Part shown: piece after piece, positions 13,747 through 27,908 of the stretch
Layout of the letters: every line of letters begins with the position of its first letter
Numbering within the stretch: position 1 is the first letter of the stretch
NCBI RefSeq assembly: GCF_009914755.1
Contig: NC_060929.1
Reading direction: 5' to 3' (one strand)
DNA from: the human T2T-CHM13v2.0 reference genome, Homo sapiens
Length of the DNA stretch: 64,000 bases
Program-made: the position numbers and the translations under genes
Notes under the pieces: model-generated
The model's input: only the letters and a program-made list of their open reading frames with translations
What the model was told of the DNA's origin: nothing
Databases searched by the model: none

Positions 13747-15896
13747 TGAATTAAACTTAAAAAATATGATATGCAGATCAAGTTTCCTTGGTAGCAAATA
13801 TGGTTTTAAAATGGAAAAACAAAGTAAATGGCCAAGAGCATCTTAATTCTTGGCAAAATGTGAACTCTGTTGAAGAAATTGATAGAATTGTCATCCCATT
13901 TCCAACAACTAAGCTGATGCATTTTTAGAGCCCCTATGAAATAAGTTTTCTTTATCTAAGAGGCTTTGCTGCTCTCAGAGCAATTGACGCAGACAACTTA
14001 TGTGGCACAGCAGACAAAAATATCTATGAGTCCAGGGTAAAGGTTTTCAAATAGCTCTGTATGACTATTCTTCTGCTTTTCTACTCTCTTTCTCAAGTGG
14101 AAAGTATTAATGCTTATCTCATATATGTTCATATGTTGTTAGGGTTGCTTAAATAAAATGTTTTAGTTATGACTTCTGACCACCCCACAGAGGGAACAAA
14201 ACAGCCTAAAAATGTACTATGTGTATGTAAGAAATTATATTTTTTCATTGCCTGTACATACAGCACTGACACATGGATATACATACATATAGGACACTAG
14301 AATGTGAAGGCATATGGTGAATATTTAAGAAACTAAGACCTAGCATTTATGGAATTCTCATATTAGTATTGGAGAAAATTGGTCTTATCCTACTGTAATG
14401 CATTATATCTTTTTTACTTTTGAATATTGAAATTAAAATGTATTCACAACGGCATCTGACTCAAATTCATACCTATACATTTCTGATCGTAGGCCTCTTG
14501 ATATGAAAACAAACATTCTATATGTGAAGAATAATTTTCTGATAACTTTCGAAGCAATTTCCTACTTATTTGCAAATACAGTGATGAATCTTTGGCAAAT
14601 TTTATGCAAGAAGTTACACATATACACATATCACCTGTCTCCTGTTGCCCTACCCACCTTCAAAAAATCTTTAAAAAAAAATCAAAAACAACCAAAGACA
14701 AAACCAACTTAACAACAGTGACTTTCAGGTAGAATGAAGAATTAAATAACAATTTATAATTTCTCTAGTTTAGATACTGTATTAAAGTCGGGGTCCTTTT
14801 TACATCCCAAGCAGAAACTTAAACATTCTGTGAATTCATTAGCATAATTTTATCTGAAATATCCATCCCATTCTTTGGATCTCCTACTGCCTTCAAGTTC
14901 TCCTCTTCTCTCTTTTGAATTTTGAATAGTTATAATGAAAATAACAGTAATTCTTCACTTTTTCCTTCTTATTTGATTGGAATCTATTTTTTGTATTAGG
15001 TTTATTTCTAATTCTAATTTTTGTCCTGACTCATTGTTTAACTTTTAAAAAAACTTCCTTCTAATTTATGTTATCTTGTTGTATGACATATATCACTGAA
15101 CCCATCTTAAATCCTTTTGGGAGTAGTGAAGATGAAAAATAAAACATCTCCTATACTAATTTTTTAAAAAACTGGCCTTTATATTTAAATCATGTGGGAA
15201 ACACATTTTGAGACATCTTGATTATTTGAGCCATGGTTTATTCTGTAAAAATAGCAAGGAAAAAATAAATAATTATGACCAGCCTTATTGCTGTTTATAC
15301 CTCAAATATATATATAAATTCATTTTGAAGCAGTCATTGGACCACTTACTTTAAGAAAATTCATCCAAAATTCTCCCTAGCTAAAATTAAATTCAGGGCC
15401 TTAGAAATTTTTCATCTGAGATATTATTTTAATTATATTTTTTACTTTTTAACTTGTCTCCTCCATCAATTCTTTCTGATTTTTCCATTCCTGAAACATG
15501 CATATCTGCCTGTTCTTAAGCTAAGCACCAGTCTTTCCATTTCATACTCAAAAATCACCTATGCACCGATAGTGGATGAGTGTTACTTCATGGACTCAGA
15601 GTGATTGATGCCATAGCCTGCCTAGGTCCCTCTGTCAAGAGTGATTCCATGACTAAACTCTGACACACTGGGAAAGAGCACTGGATTTCTGCTTCTGTCT
15701 AGCACAGAGATACAGGGAAGAATGGAGACAGAAATACCTGTAAGGTATTTATCATCCCAATTCTAACAGCTCATTGAATGCTAAGGGTAGAAACAAATGA
15801 CTTTTCTAGTGTCATTATGAAATGTGATCTAAATTTAGTTTTCCAAACTTATTTGCTATTTTTGCTTCTCATAATTCATTCTTCAGTCAATCTGAA

Positions 15897-15940
15897 ATAG
15901 ATAGATATAGATGATTAGATAGATAGATAGATAGATAGAT
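15897..15940. repeat. (GATA)n tetranucleotide microsatellite
   Basis: Interrupted GATA run visible in the sequence. Confidence 0.9.
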
Positions 15941-16090
15941 CCTATCTATCCTGTGTAGATCATATTCCTTAATCTCCCACTCAGCTGTAAGAGATCGCTC
16001 TTTGTACCTCCATTGGTTATTTCTTTTCCTACTTTCAAGTTTGAGTGTTTTTGTTTTTGAATGTATGACCAAAATGTCCACATGTTGGGA

Positions 16091-16094
<4 letters not shown>

Positions 16095-16122
<28 letters not shown>
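16095..16122. repeat. (GT)n microsatellite
   Basis: About 14 GT units. Confidence 0.95.
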
Positions 16123-16125
<3 letters not shown>

Positions 16126-16185
16126 GGTAAATTTCTGCATCTGACTTGCCCACCATCATGATTAAAAGTCACTGCCATTTCAGAC

Positions 16186-16494
16186 TTTTTTTTTTTTTTT
16201 TTTTTGAGACAGGGTCTTGCTCTGTTGCCCAAGCTGGAGTGCGTGCAGTGGTGGGATCTTGGCTCACCGCAACCTCTGCCTCCCAGGTTCAAGCAATTCT
16301 CCTGACTCAGCCTCCCAAGTAGCTGGGATTACAGGTGTGCGCCACCATGCCTGGCTAAATTTTTTTATATTTTTGGTAGATAAAGGGTTTCACCATGTTG
16401 GCCAGGCTGGTCTCAAACTCCTGACCTCAAGTGATCTGTCCATCTTGGCCTTCCAAACTGCTGGGATTACAGGTGTGAGCCACCATGCCCAGCC
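16186..16494 (-). mobile_element. AluS (Sx/Sz-like)
   Basis: Dimeric Alu in antisense with T20 tail. Confidence 0.95.
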
Positions 16495-17337
16495 CACAAG
16501 TTTGTTTAATTGGACTTTGCTTGGGGCACTTATTAATTATCTCTCGCCTTATTAGGTGGGTAGTTAACTCTAGGTGTAGCCTCTAATTTTTCCTACTTGA
16601 ATACACTTCTTGAGGTCAAGGGCTTTACCTTACCCATAATTATACCCTATGTAGTACTAAGTGTAATGCCTTATGTATAATGCCTAATAAATAATTGTTT
16701 AATTGGATTTTTCTAGGCATTTACAATATAGTCTCCAATGGTGGTCTGGTATTGTAGTTATTTTATTAGAAGTAATTAAAAACAAAGTTAAATAAAGCAC
16801 TATTTTTTTTTAGAAAAGAAATGGATTCAACGTAAAAGAAATTCCACACTAAAGGCGATTTTAAAAAGGTTTGAACAGTAAAGGCTAAAAAAAATTCCAA
16901 TTTGCTTTTGTTTGTTGGTTGGTAACTTTATCATTATAGAACAAGAAAAGCTGATTATGGCTTTGGAACTTTAATACACCAGGAGAGATATAAGTCTGAG
17001 TGTTGATAATAGAAAATATCCTGTGGTCTGACATGAAAATAATTTAAAATTTTAAGAGAGTGTAATTGCTACCTTTTTAAACTTCTTTTTAAAATTTTGA
17101 GTAGTGAAACCTTTTAAGAAAATAAAACCATATGCAGAAGATTAATAAACACCATAGATACAAGCAGAATTTCCCTGGTCAAGACAAAAGCATCCCCCTC
17201 TTGACTTCCTCCTTGTGTCCCTTGGCAACACCCTAAGGACCTCTTCTGAACCCTATGGGTCAAACCACTGTTCTTTACAGTGCTTATGATCAGCATACCC
17301 CCTAAGTACCCTAAGTAGCATAATGTTTATGGTGTCA

Positions 17338-17792
17338 TGTGGTGGGCTGAATAATCGTCTTCCAAAATTACACCCTAATTCCTGGAACCTGTGAATATTT
17401 TTTACTTCACATGGCAAGGGGGACTTTCCAGGTGTGATTAAGCTAAGGATCTCCAGATAAATTATCCTGAATCATCCAAGTGAGAATCCTATTTAGTGGA
17501 GTGATCCAGGAAGGAAACGTGATGATGGAACCAGAGGTTGAGGTAATACAGTTGCTGGCTTTGAAGTTTGAAGGGGGCCATGAATAAAGTTGTGACAAAG
17601 CTTTTAGAAGCTAGAAAAGGCAGGTGGTCCATTAGAGTGTCTAGAAGAAACACTGCTGTACTGACACCTTGATTTTTAGCCTTGTAAAATTGATTTTAGA
17701 GCTTTGATCTCTAGAACTGAAAGGAATGCATTTTATTGTTTTATGCCACTAGATTCATAGCCATTTATTACAGTAGCAGTATAAAATTAATA
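17338..17792 (+). mobile_element. MLT1D-like solo LTR
   Basis: TGTGGTGGGCTGAATAAT...CCTGGAACCTGTGAATA...GACACCTTGATTTTTAGCC. Confidence 0.8.
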
Positions 17793-18307
17793 TCAGTAAT
17801 AAGCTAACAACAGGTGAATGGGCATGTCCTGGATTATGGTTATTTGAACTAATCAACAAGGTTTCCCATATTAGTCACATGCCGATTGTTTATTTCCCTT
17901 ATAGCATAAAAATAATTTATAATTTCTATGGTTGCACCAGAATTTTAAACTATGAATAACATGAGGCAAATTTTTATAGAATTTAATAATTGTGTGTCCT
18001 CTCATTGCTTTCAAAGTGTTTTCACTTTGTTTCATCTTCTACACACACACACACAAGCTCTCAGGGACCATTAACCCATTTTACCTATATCAAAAGTTTA
18101 ATATTAAACATAGACGGTAACAAATAATTTAATTCAACAAATTTATAATACTTCAGGTTCCTCTATGATGCTATCAGGCAATAATAAAATTTGCAATAGA
18201 AAATCATCAATGCAGAGAGCACACTATCTGTTAACTCATCTCAATTTTGAAAAGCTCCAATATATTCAGAAATTCTTCCTTCTTAAAACTTGAACACCTT
18301 GAACACA

Positions 18308-18609
18308 GGCAGGGTGCGGTGGCTCACACCTGTAATCCCAGCACTTTTTCAGAGGCCAAGGCGGGTGGATCACGAGGCCAGGAGATCGAAACCATCTTGG
18401 ATAACACGGTGAAACCCCGTCTCTACTAAAAATACAAAAAATTAGCTGGGCGTGGTTGCGGGCGCCTGTAGTGCCAAGCTACTCAGGAGGCTGAGGCAGG
18501 AGAATGGCGTGAACCCCAGAGGCGGAGCTTGCAGTGAGCCGAGATTGTGCCACTGCACTCCAGCCTGGGCAACAGAGCGAGACTCCGTCACAAAACAAAA
18601 CAAAAAACG
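18308..18609 (+). mobile_element. AluY
   Basis: AluY diagnostics (GGAGATCGA, AACACGGTGAAACC, GAATGGCGTGAACCC, GCGGAGCTTGCAG); TSD AAACTTGAACACCT at 18286-18299 and 18610-18623. Confidence 0.95.
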
Positions 18610-20289
18610 AAACTTGAACACCTCGGTACCAGATTTATCTTTTGCTGACACATAGCAGATAGCTAATGACTTACCTAAATAAGGTCATCTAAGGACAACA
18701 AGTCTGCTACCTCTTCCTTTCATTGCCCTCTTATTTCCAGCTTAAATCCTAATGATAACTACGGTTTTTGGGACTTCTCCCCTTTTCATCATTCCAAATA
18801 ATAATCATAATCATGATCAAAATCTTATCATCATATTAATTGATTCTGCCACCTTTTGGCATCATTATCATCATGTGGGCAGGAGACACCCTGAGAAGAA
18901 TTGGTTGGTTTCAGAATTTATTTATATTGGATGGTATCTTCCTCTCATTGCTTTCTTTTTGTTCTTTTTCATCTAAATTTTATTTTTCACAGAAATGACA
19001 GCAGCAGAATATGATCTGATGAATTCTGGTCTCTTTTTTCACACATCATTTTATAATTGACTCTTGTATCTTCTTTGGTCTTCTTATTAGATTTAAAATA
19101 ATTTAAAATCATAGCAAGTAAACAAGCAAATGAAAATTTGGGTCAAATGAAACTAAAACAAACAAACAGAAACACCACCAACAATAGCACCATGCCATTT
19201 TCTGGTCTGCTTTGCTTTTATTTTATGATAATGAGCCAATTCTTAATTCTAAGAAATGTGATGGTAGCCTTCTGAGCCCCTCATGTTGATTCATCCTTAT
19301 GAGATGAGAAAAGTAGAGGGTGTTTCTTTCACTTTATAAAGTCATGAGTCTGATAATTGATAGAGATTAGTGTCATTCTTTAAGTCCAAATCTAGTGTTC
19401 CTTCTTCCCTGATATTTTTCTTGGTGGCAAACCAAACTATGGTGCCTGAAAATTTCAGCATGGGATTCCATAGGAGGCCATTTTGGGTTAAATAGTTGTA
19501 TTATACCAAAAGTACATTTCTGATGATAAATTTCAACTGTTATGAATTGCTACTAAATTTAACCAATTTGCTCATTATTCTGACTAATTTAGCTTCCAAC
19601 TTGGAGAAGTAAAGCATGACTGACTGAGTGCATGCTTCAGTCTGGTAGGGTTTCTTTAGGAAACTTGAAAATGATCAGAGATGTTAATTGCTTTGCTGCT
19701 GGCTTTACTCCCTCTTTCAGAGAATCTTGTCTGTAATGTATTCTGCTAATCTCATTCTATGCACAAGCAAGAGCTGCTTCCTTTCCATTTGTTTTTTAAA
19801 TATGCCAATGTTGATTTAATTTATTTTCCTGTGTTGTTCAGCTTGGGTTTTCTACTTCTTTTCCATGACAAATAGGAACATTAACAAATACAGAGATAGA
19901 AATAAAATTCAAGTTTCTTATATTTCTTTATATATTTTTTTCTTTTCTATTAGGAAAACACTACTTTGGTACTTACATGTCTATTACATTCCAACAGATT
20001 TTTTGATCAATAAATTATGCAGATGGAATGAGTGTTCTTTTATAATTTAGTTTAAGAGTTCCCTGCTTCTTAAAGGGTAAATGCCTTTTTCCTTCATATT
20101 TGAAAGCACTTAAATTGAAAGAAACTATTACTGGTTGTTATTTATATCTAGTCATTCTATTTATATATCATATATTTTTACATACTATTTTTCTGTAGCT
20201 TCTACAGACAACATAGAGGCATTTATTCTTATAGGAAACAGGCAAATTGCATAAACCTTCTGGGCTTCAGTTCCTTCATTTTTATATTA

Positions 20290-20830
20290 ATTCAACAGTG
20301 ATTGATTGTTTAAGCCCCTTTCCTATGTGCTGTTAGAGATTGGGGAATTGAGGGTAAATAATCACAGCCACCATGAGATGCTTACATTCTAATTGGAGAT
20401 GGGGTGAGGAAGGAGTGAGAGCAGGTAGGTAAAAGAGATATGAGTACATGTAAGCTAAGTTCTAAAGGATGAGTAAGAACTAAGCAAGTGAAAAAGGCAT
20501 GGAGATAGGAGCAGACAGGGAAGTCCAGGCAAAGCCGATAGTTTAACTGAAGACATGAAGGAAAGCAAGAGTCCTACATCAAGGGCAGCTCAAGTAAGGA
20601 GGAATTACCAGATCAAAAAATATAAGGCAGAGAATGGATGGAAATGAGATTACAGTGTGATGGAAATAAGATAACAGAGAGTCAGCACACTTTGCTAAGT
20701 AGTTTGTAATTCATATGCAGGTGATATAGGGGAACTGTCGAAACATTTAAAACATGGAAATAATGGGGTTATTTTTGTGATTAACATAGATTACTCTAAA
20801 ATTTATGCAGTGAATGGATTTGAGAAGTCT
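20290..20830 (-). mobile_element. L2 LINE fragment
   Basis: Antisense L2 motifs (GCTTACATTCTA, AAGGATGAGTAAGAACTAAGCAAGTG, TAGATTACTCT...GAATGGATTTGAG). Confidence 0.6.
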
Positions 20831-22611
20831 AACAACATTGATAATTTCAAATATTCCATTGTCCCCATGAATTCTTTTTGTTCATGAGACAACATGAACT
20901 ATTTATTGTGATTTAGTAAATATGGTATTGCTTTGCTCTGTAAAATGAGGACAATAATATTTGTATGACATCACCCAAGGAAAAGAGACTGTACCTTACC
21001 ACTTTAAAGTTCTAATGCAGCATATGCATTTAATGGAGAGTCACTAACTTTCTAACATCTTGAATAAATACTTATCTTTGGTATCTATGACATGTTAGAT
21101 ATTGTGTTAAAGTGCTTACATCTGGGTACTAATTTAATTTGGATAATAACCCAACATAGAGATGTGGTATAATTACAGCTCACTATAATTATATGTGCTA
21201 TGTGCTGTGTGTGCTATAATACCTTATTTTAGTCTCATAGCAGCCCTGATAAGGAGCTGTGGTTATTCCCCATTATAAAAATGGTAAAACTGGTTCATAG
21301 AGCTTTATTTAAAGTTTTATAAGTAGTAACGATGGGGATAAAATTAAAGCTAGCACTGTGTGCCTTTACTGTGTGCCTAGCACTTTGGTCTAGAATGTGC
21401 CTTTAAAGCCTATTGATATAGAATGGGTCGATAGCACAGTGTGTGGTACTGTCCTTTTGGAGGAAAATGAGAATTCGAGTCCCATAATTTAACTAGGGAT
21501 TCACAGCAGTGGCAGAGCCAATCCAACCCACTTCTCTGATTTCAGGTACAGTGTCCTTTCCATTGCACTAGAGCTGTCTTCCTACTTTATCCATAGGCTG
21601 CACTCAGAAAACCAATGCTCCTCATGACCAACCTCAGACTTTGTGGCTCTGATTGTCTTCTGGACTGTGAAACAGTGCTTAGGCCTGAATATGTATGCCA
21701 CGGGCACACACACACACACACACACATCACATGATCAACAAATGATCACCTGTTTTCTGGGTTGTGTTTCAAAATATCTTGATTGTATTTTGTTGGTATC
21801 TATTTTTTAAAAATGGTAGTGGAATTTGATTTACCAGCCTACATAACTAACCAGAGTGCATCACTCCTCAATCATTTATTACACATTTATCTCAAACTAC
21901 AGGAGAGGTTTTTTTTTTTTTTTAATATTTTAGATCACTCATTTCCAGTCTTATGTTCTTCTACAAAGGATCTACATTTTTTCAAATTTGGGGGAAAGAT
22001 TGAAGTTACAGTTTATATAGCCCAATTTTTTTTCAGTATGTCAGCTCTATAGATGTTAAAAAGTAAATAACAGCCATTTCAATTCCAATCATGAAAAATA
22101 TCTCTTCATCTATTTATTTACTCATTATATATACAAATCACCCAATTGTCCGTTTGTCATCAAATCAGTTCTACTGGAATCTTGTTTCTCTCTCTCTCTC
22201 TCTCTCAGCTTTCATTGCTGATATTTGAGTTTCAAATTGGAATTATTGCATAGATGATGGGAAGAACAAGCTTTCTTGAGAGAGAAAACGGTATCTAAAT
22301 CCTAAAATCCTGAGGAGCTTCCGACCTCCAACATAAAATGCTTCCACTTTTTCCTCTTTAAATTTTACGTTTTTTATTTTTAATAGTTTATACCTTCACT
22401 TGGTTCAAAAACCAAAATAATATAACAAGGCAAACATTGAGAAGTCTTGTTTCTATTCCTTTCCCCTGTAGGTAGCTATTTTTATTTTTTTGGTATAATT
22501 GTAGGCATATTTGAGCAAACAGAAATACACACTTTTCTGCCCTTATCTGTTCTTTCATAAAAGAATGCATAGCATATAAAACTTACTTACTTTTTTTTTC
22601 TTTTAGCAACG

Positions 22612-23094
22612 GTATTTTTTTCCTATTATTCTTGTAACAAGTGTCCATAAACTTAGTGGCTTGAACAACATGAGTTACTTTACACTTCTGGAGGTCAGAA
22701 GTCAAAAATCAGTTTTACAAGGCTAAAATCAAGGTTTGCAGAGATGGTTCTTTCCGGAGGCTCCAAGGAAGAATATATTTATTGCCTTTGCAAATTCTAG
22801 AGGCTCCTTTGGCACTCCTTGGCCAGGCCAGCAGCCAAACCACTCCAATATTTTTTTCCATCTTCCCATTGTTTTCTCTTATGCCCTCAAAACTCCCTTC
22901 AGCTCCTTGTTAACAGAAACAATTTGAGATTACATTTAGGGCCCACCTAGATAATCTAGGATAACCTCCTCATCTCAAGAGCTTGAATTTAATCACATTT
23001 ACAAAGTCCCTTTTGTCACTTAAGGCAAGACTCAGGTTCTGAAGATTAAGATGTGGATATCTTGGTGGGAGGTGTTATTGTTCATCACGACACA
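22612..23094 (-). mobile_element. MLT1C/D-like solo LTR within an old L1ME-like fragment
   Basis: AAACTTAGTGGCTTGAACAAC, TTCTGGAGGTCAGAAGTC, GGGCCCACCTAGATAATCTAGGATAA. Confidence 0.8.
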
Positions 23095-26000
23095 GCAGCA
23101 TTTCCTAAATATCAATCCATGTCAGTTATTAGGTAGGCAGCTTTTTTACTTTCTTTTTATAGTTTTATAGTATTTCATGTATAGCTTTACCAGGGTTTAT
23201 TTAACTAATTCCCTAATCATGGATAATTTTTGCTTTTACAGATAATGCTGCAATGAGCAACCTTATGAAAATAACATTTTGGACATGCACAGATATACAA
23301 TGTATTATATATAAATATAAAACCATTAAATAATGAAGGATATGTTATTCAATATTAACTTTAATATTTATTAAACATTAACAGTAAAATTGTATTAAAT
23401 GCATATATGTTTATGAATGGACTTTTATAATTAGTGTATGTTACTTGTTAGAATGATATAGTATTCAACATTAATCGTTTTTCTTTTTACAGGTGCGAAG
23501 TTTAAGAAATCTTGTTCACACAAATAGGTAAGAAAGCGGTTATAGCAATATCTCTCAATTCTTTAAATTATTTTGTAATCACGTATACAAAGCAAAATAG
23601 TGATCTATCACTAAAAACTAATGACTTATCAACTGACAGCTTAATTATGTGCTCCTGTAACTTTTGTTATATGCAAATAGTTGGAAAACACTGAATCACA
23701 AAATATTTATCATTTCTTTCCCATTCATCAGAATCATTCACCTTTTCAAAATCAAAAGTAGTATTTTGAAAATCATTGCTACATTTTGGCTGTTCTGGGG
23801 TTTTTACCTCCTAGAGTAATGAAAGATGGTAAAATCTAGGAGGCATGAAATAAGATGTAAATTGGGGAAGAAAAAAGAAGAAAAGTTAGGAAAAGAGGCA
23901 GAACTCAACTACATGTTCCTTCTTCAGCAGATCAATTTTGTTTCTGTGCACTTAAGAGAGTTGAAGATCTGAAACTCGATTCCTTTAAAACATCACTTTT
24001 TGTGTACTCTTGAGGAAGAATGAACCCCCCAGGGTATTCATACCTTACCAGTATAAAGAATGAAGATATTCACTATTTCAGATGATATTCTCAGACACCA
24101 AAGGTTATACTTTTACTTCCTTCTTAATAGCATACATAAATTTTGGAAGCACTGCATTACAGTAAAGGGTCTCTGAAATAATCTTCCTTCAAGAGCAAAG
24201 AAAGTTTGTCTCGTCTACTTAATTAAATTCTCCAGAATAACTCCTGGTGCTTTCCAAATATATGTAAGTAATAAAACCTTGTGGAATGGGTGAGTGAAAG
24301 TTACGGAGAATAAATGTGATGCATAAACACCTAGTTCAAATTTGGTCAGCTTTCTGTTCATCTGCCAGTTTCTTCTAAGGGCGTCAGAACCTTGGTCCTA
24401 ATAGGCAGTTCAGCCGCCATTTTAGAACTGTAGCAGGGAAGTAAGTGAGACTGTTCCTGCTGGTTTTGATGTCTGGCTGGGGCTCCAAAGCAGAGCACAG
24501 TGGGTGTTAAATGCCCACACATTCTAGAAAGGTGCTAGACCATCTAGGCAGAATTTGTTGGAAGGTGGCCCAAATTGGTTCCAAACATCTAACCTATCAC
24601 CACCTCCAGCCTATACATAAAAGGAGGCTAGTAAATTAATGGGTGAGAACTGACAAATGAAGATTTCCTTAAGAAAAATTTTGGAGTGCTATTTTTTTTT
24701 CCTCTCCCATTTCTTGGAGGGGGCAGGGGGCGGAGAATGTGCTCTTCTTCAACTTAAGCCAAATAAATAGGACTCCAAGAGAATCATCCGAAGGGTGGGG
24801 AGGTATAAACACTCATGCCTGACTCTCACTGTAAAAGAAATAGCTCAAAGCTGTCTGGTGTTAGCTGAGAAGCAGAACAAAGAGAGAGGGCTCCATAGGG
24901 GATGGCTTTTATTTCCAGTGTTTGCTGGAAAAAGATATGAGTTTTTCCTTAGATTAAGAGGTTGTTGAGTAATGTAGGCAAGCTGGAGCCTGGATGGCGT
25001 GACTCCAAGGTCTGTGTGGGACATTTGCAAGAAGAGAGCAGCTGGAGAGGAGAATGTGGGAGATATTTGAAGAAATTTCAAGAGAGAATATTGATATTTA
25101 GGCACCGGCCTTCCAGAGAGCTACAATTTTCACTTTAAAACAGTACCAGTCAAGTAAGAACTTTCTCTCCTTTTACCTCCTCTTCTTCTCACCAACCTCC
25201 TTCCACCCTTGAAAATATAGGAATGATGACCTAGAAGCACCAGAGCAAATGTAGGAGTGTTGGAACATGGAGAGTAAAAAGGCCCCCACTTCCCACTTTT
25301 TGTTACAGGTTTTCTAGCAATGGCGTCTGAGGTGTGAGAGAAGTTTTGATTGGGTATGAGACTGGAACTATAGTATTAGATTTCACTGGATATTTAATAC
25401 TTGAAAATGGGACTTTCTTAACAATGAAGGTGGCCAGAAAACATTCAGATCTGATATGATTTTCTGTTGGTGATGGGAGATCTAATAGCAAGGAATTGTG
25501 AGAAACTATAGTCATTTCCTGTTGATTGTTCCATGTTTAACTCAAACTGGTTACATAACAATACCCAATATGTTCTTTTTTTAACCCAAGATTTCAAAAT
25601 GATTTGTTGAGAGCTCATTCATATCCTCTAATGTGAACTTCTTTATAACCAATTTTAATGAACTATGCAGTAGAATCTGATGTGAGTATCAAAAGGAACA
25701 GAGAAGTTATACTTCAGTGTAGGAAGAGAGAATGTCAGCCCACTGCCTTAACTCAGTTGGCATTTTGAAGAAAATTGACAGAGCCCACCTCCAGATTTTA
25801 TTGGGGTGGGGGAAAGAAGAGAAAATGGAAGATATGTTTTAAACCACTTTTGGCAGGAAAAGTCATTTCCCTATTTAGAGTCTGGAATAAAAATGTAGTT
25901 CCCATTAAGTAATTTTTACTTACTTCTGTATAACCCAATTAAACACCCCTCATATTCCCACTCTCCTGCAGTAACTCAGATACGACTTAATCCAATGTCA

Positions 26001-26144
26001 TGTGGGCACCGTGCTTCTACGTTTTCGTCTTAACTTTCTAAATTCCCAAATTCTTCATCTCACTAGCTTCAAGTGAATTTTTCAGTGGGAAAGTACTCTG
26101 AATAATATGTAATATTTCTTGTGTGTTGCCTTTGTGACAACTTG

Positions 26145-26345
26145 TTCTAAGCACTTTATGTGTATTACTTATATTACTATAACTTCTATACTATAAGTTA
26201 TTACTATAACTTCTATTGTTGGTATCATTGTTATTCTCATTTAAAGATGTTTCAGTAGAGGCACAGAAAAGCTGAATAACTTTTATTGCTGGTAAGTGTA
26301 GGGCCTGAATTTGAATCCAGGCATCTTGCTCTAGAGCCCTAACAT
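26145..26345 (-). mobile_element. MIR SINE
   Basis: TTCTAAGCACTTTATGTGTATT...GAGGCACAGA...GAATTTGAATCCAGGCA. Confidence 0.7.
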
Positions 26346-27283
26346 TTTCCAATCTCATTATAAACTGCCTATAAAAGAAACTTGCTTTTCCATTCCAGGT
26401 TGACAGGCAGGGTGGCAACACATATAAAAAGCATCTTAGGTTCCACTAGTCAATCTCTTTTTGGAGTAGCTTCCACTGGAATTCTATAGGTGTTGATTCA
26501 TTTTTACATAACCAATGTCTGTAAACCTGAAGATCAAATTCTTATGGTAGGAAATAAGACAGTTTTAAAGATCAAATTTCCAAGTTCAGGGACCATGAAA
26601 TGTCAATTGAAAACCAGGAGTAATGAGCTGTAAAGATAAATCAATACATGGAAAGACAGGATGAGTATTTTAAGCAGCTGAAATAACTTGTACTTACACA
26701 AAAAGGAAGAAAATATCTGACCACATCAGACTGTATTTTCCTGAGATCGCTGCAAAAATCTCTCTCATTCCACCAGCTCTACTACCATAAGTTTGGAAAA
26801 TATAATCTGCCACATTGACCTAAATGTTAAAAAATAAGCAATAATTACCAAGTTCCTTACATCTCCCTTCATAGGAAAAACTCGGAGTTTATAAATTTCA
26901 GAAGCTTAACACCCATATTGTAAAATTTCCCTTTCATATTATTGATGTTGCCAGCACCCTCTTAATGCCATTTCTTTTGCTGTGCCAATTATTTTTCAAT
27001 GACAGTGACATAAGAAGTAATGTGCCATCTGCATGGCCTTTTACTGCATTATGTTCTCCTAGGATAGTCTTCTAGGGCCTTTGTGACTCCTGCTTCCTGG
27101 GAGCCATTCTAGACTCTTCTCTGAGTGCCATGCTTCTTCCCCAGCATCCTACTTCTCCAGCCCCCCTACCATTCTAGCTGTGTGGGCTACCCCATCCTGC
27201 TAACTGGAAGATGGATTTCTATTATCAAACATAATTTATTTCAAGGAAGATAGGGTACCATTTAGAAACCTATCTTTTTGGTT

Positions 27284-27379
27284 ATACTGCAAATCTCAAT
27301 TTGTTGTCTATTAACTGCCAGGAGTATACTCATACTGCAAATCTCAATTTGTTGTCTATTAACTGCCAGGAGTATACTC
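27284..27379. repeat. Perfect 2 x 48-bp tandem duplication
   Basis: ATACTGCAAATCTCAATTTGTTGTCTATTAACTGCCAGGAGTATACTC occurs twice with no mismatch. Confidence 0.97.
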
Positions 27380-27908
27380 ATCTCTCTAAAAGGTTATTAT
27401 TGGGGAAAGGGGTCTTTCCTCTTCAGGTCCACACAGCAGCAGCTCTCTAATGAAGTTTTGAAATATGAGCTGTGAAGGAGCCAGAGGCAGTGATGGTGCT
27501 TTACTGGCCAGCAGTTGTTAGTTTCTCAGTGGTCTAAAGGGAAATATCCAAAAACCAACCTGACTTATGGAGAACTGTGAGAAAAATACTCTTAACACTT
27601 TAAGGTGGCAATGCCAACATTCAATGGCCTCTCCCTCCCCTTTGAGGAAGCTTCCTGGCGCCAGGGTGACAGAATGAGATGTATGAGGTCTGGTTTAGAT
27701 GTCTTCCAAGCTGGCCTTTTGTCTGCTATCCCAGCATCACAAAAATAACTTAGGGTGAGAAATTTACAGGCCAGCATGTAAATTCCCTCATTACTTTATT
27801 AAATAGTTTGAAAGGAACATGATTAAGAAATTAAATTCAATCGAATGTTACTGTAACTGGTTTTTCATGATAAGCGTTTTTCTTAATGTTAACAGAAGGC
27901 TGATCCTT

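Noticed and set aside
16217-16555. 112-aa ORF and similar ORFs at 8339, 18452, 48255, 60382-60884 and 63545
   Set aside because: Translations of Alu sequence
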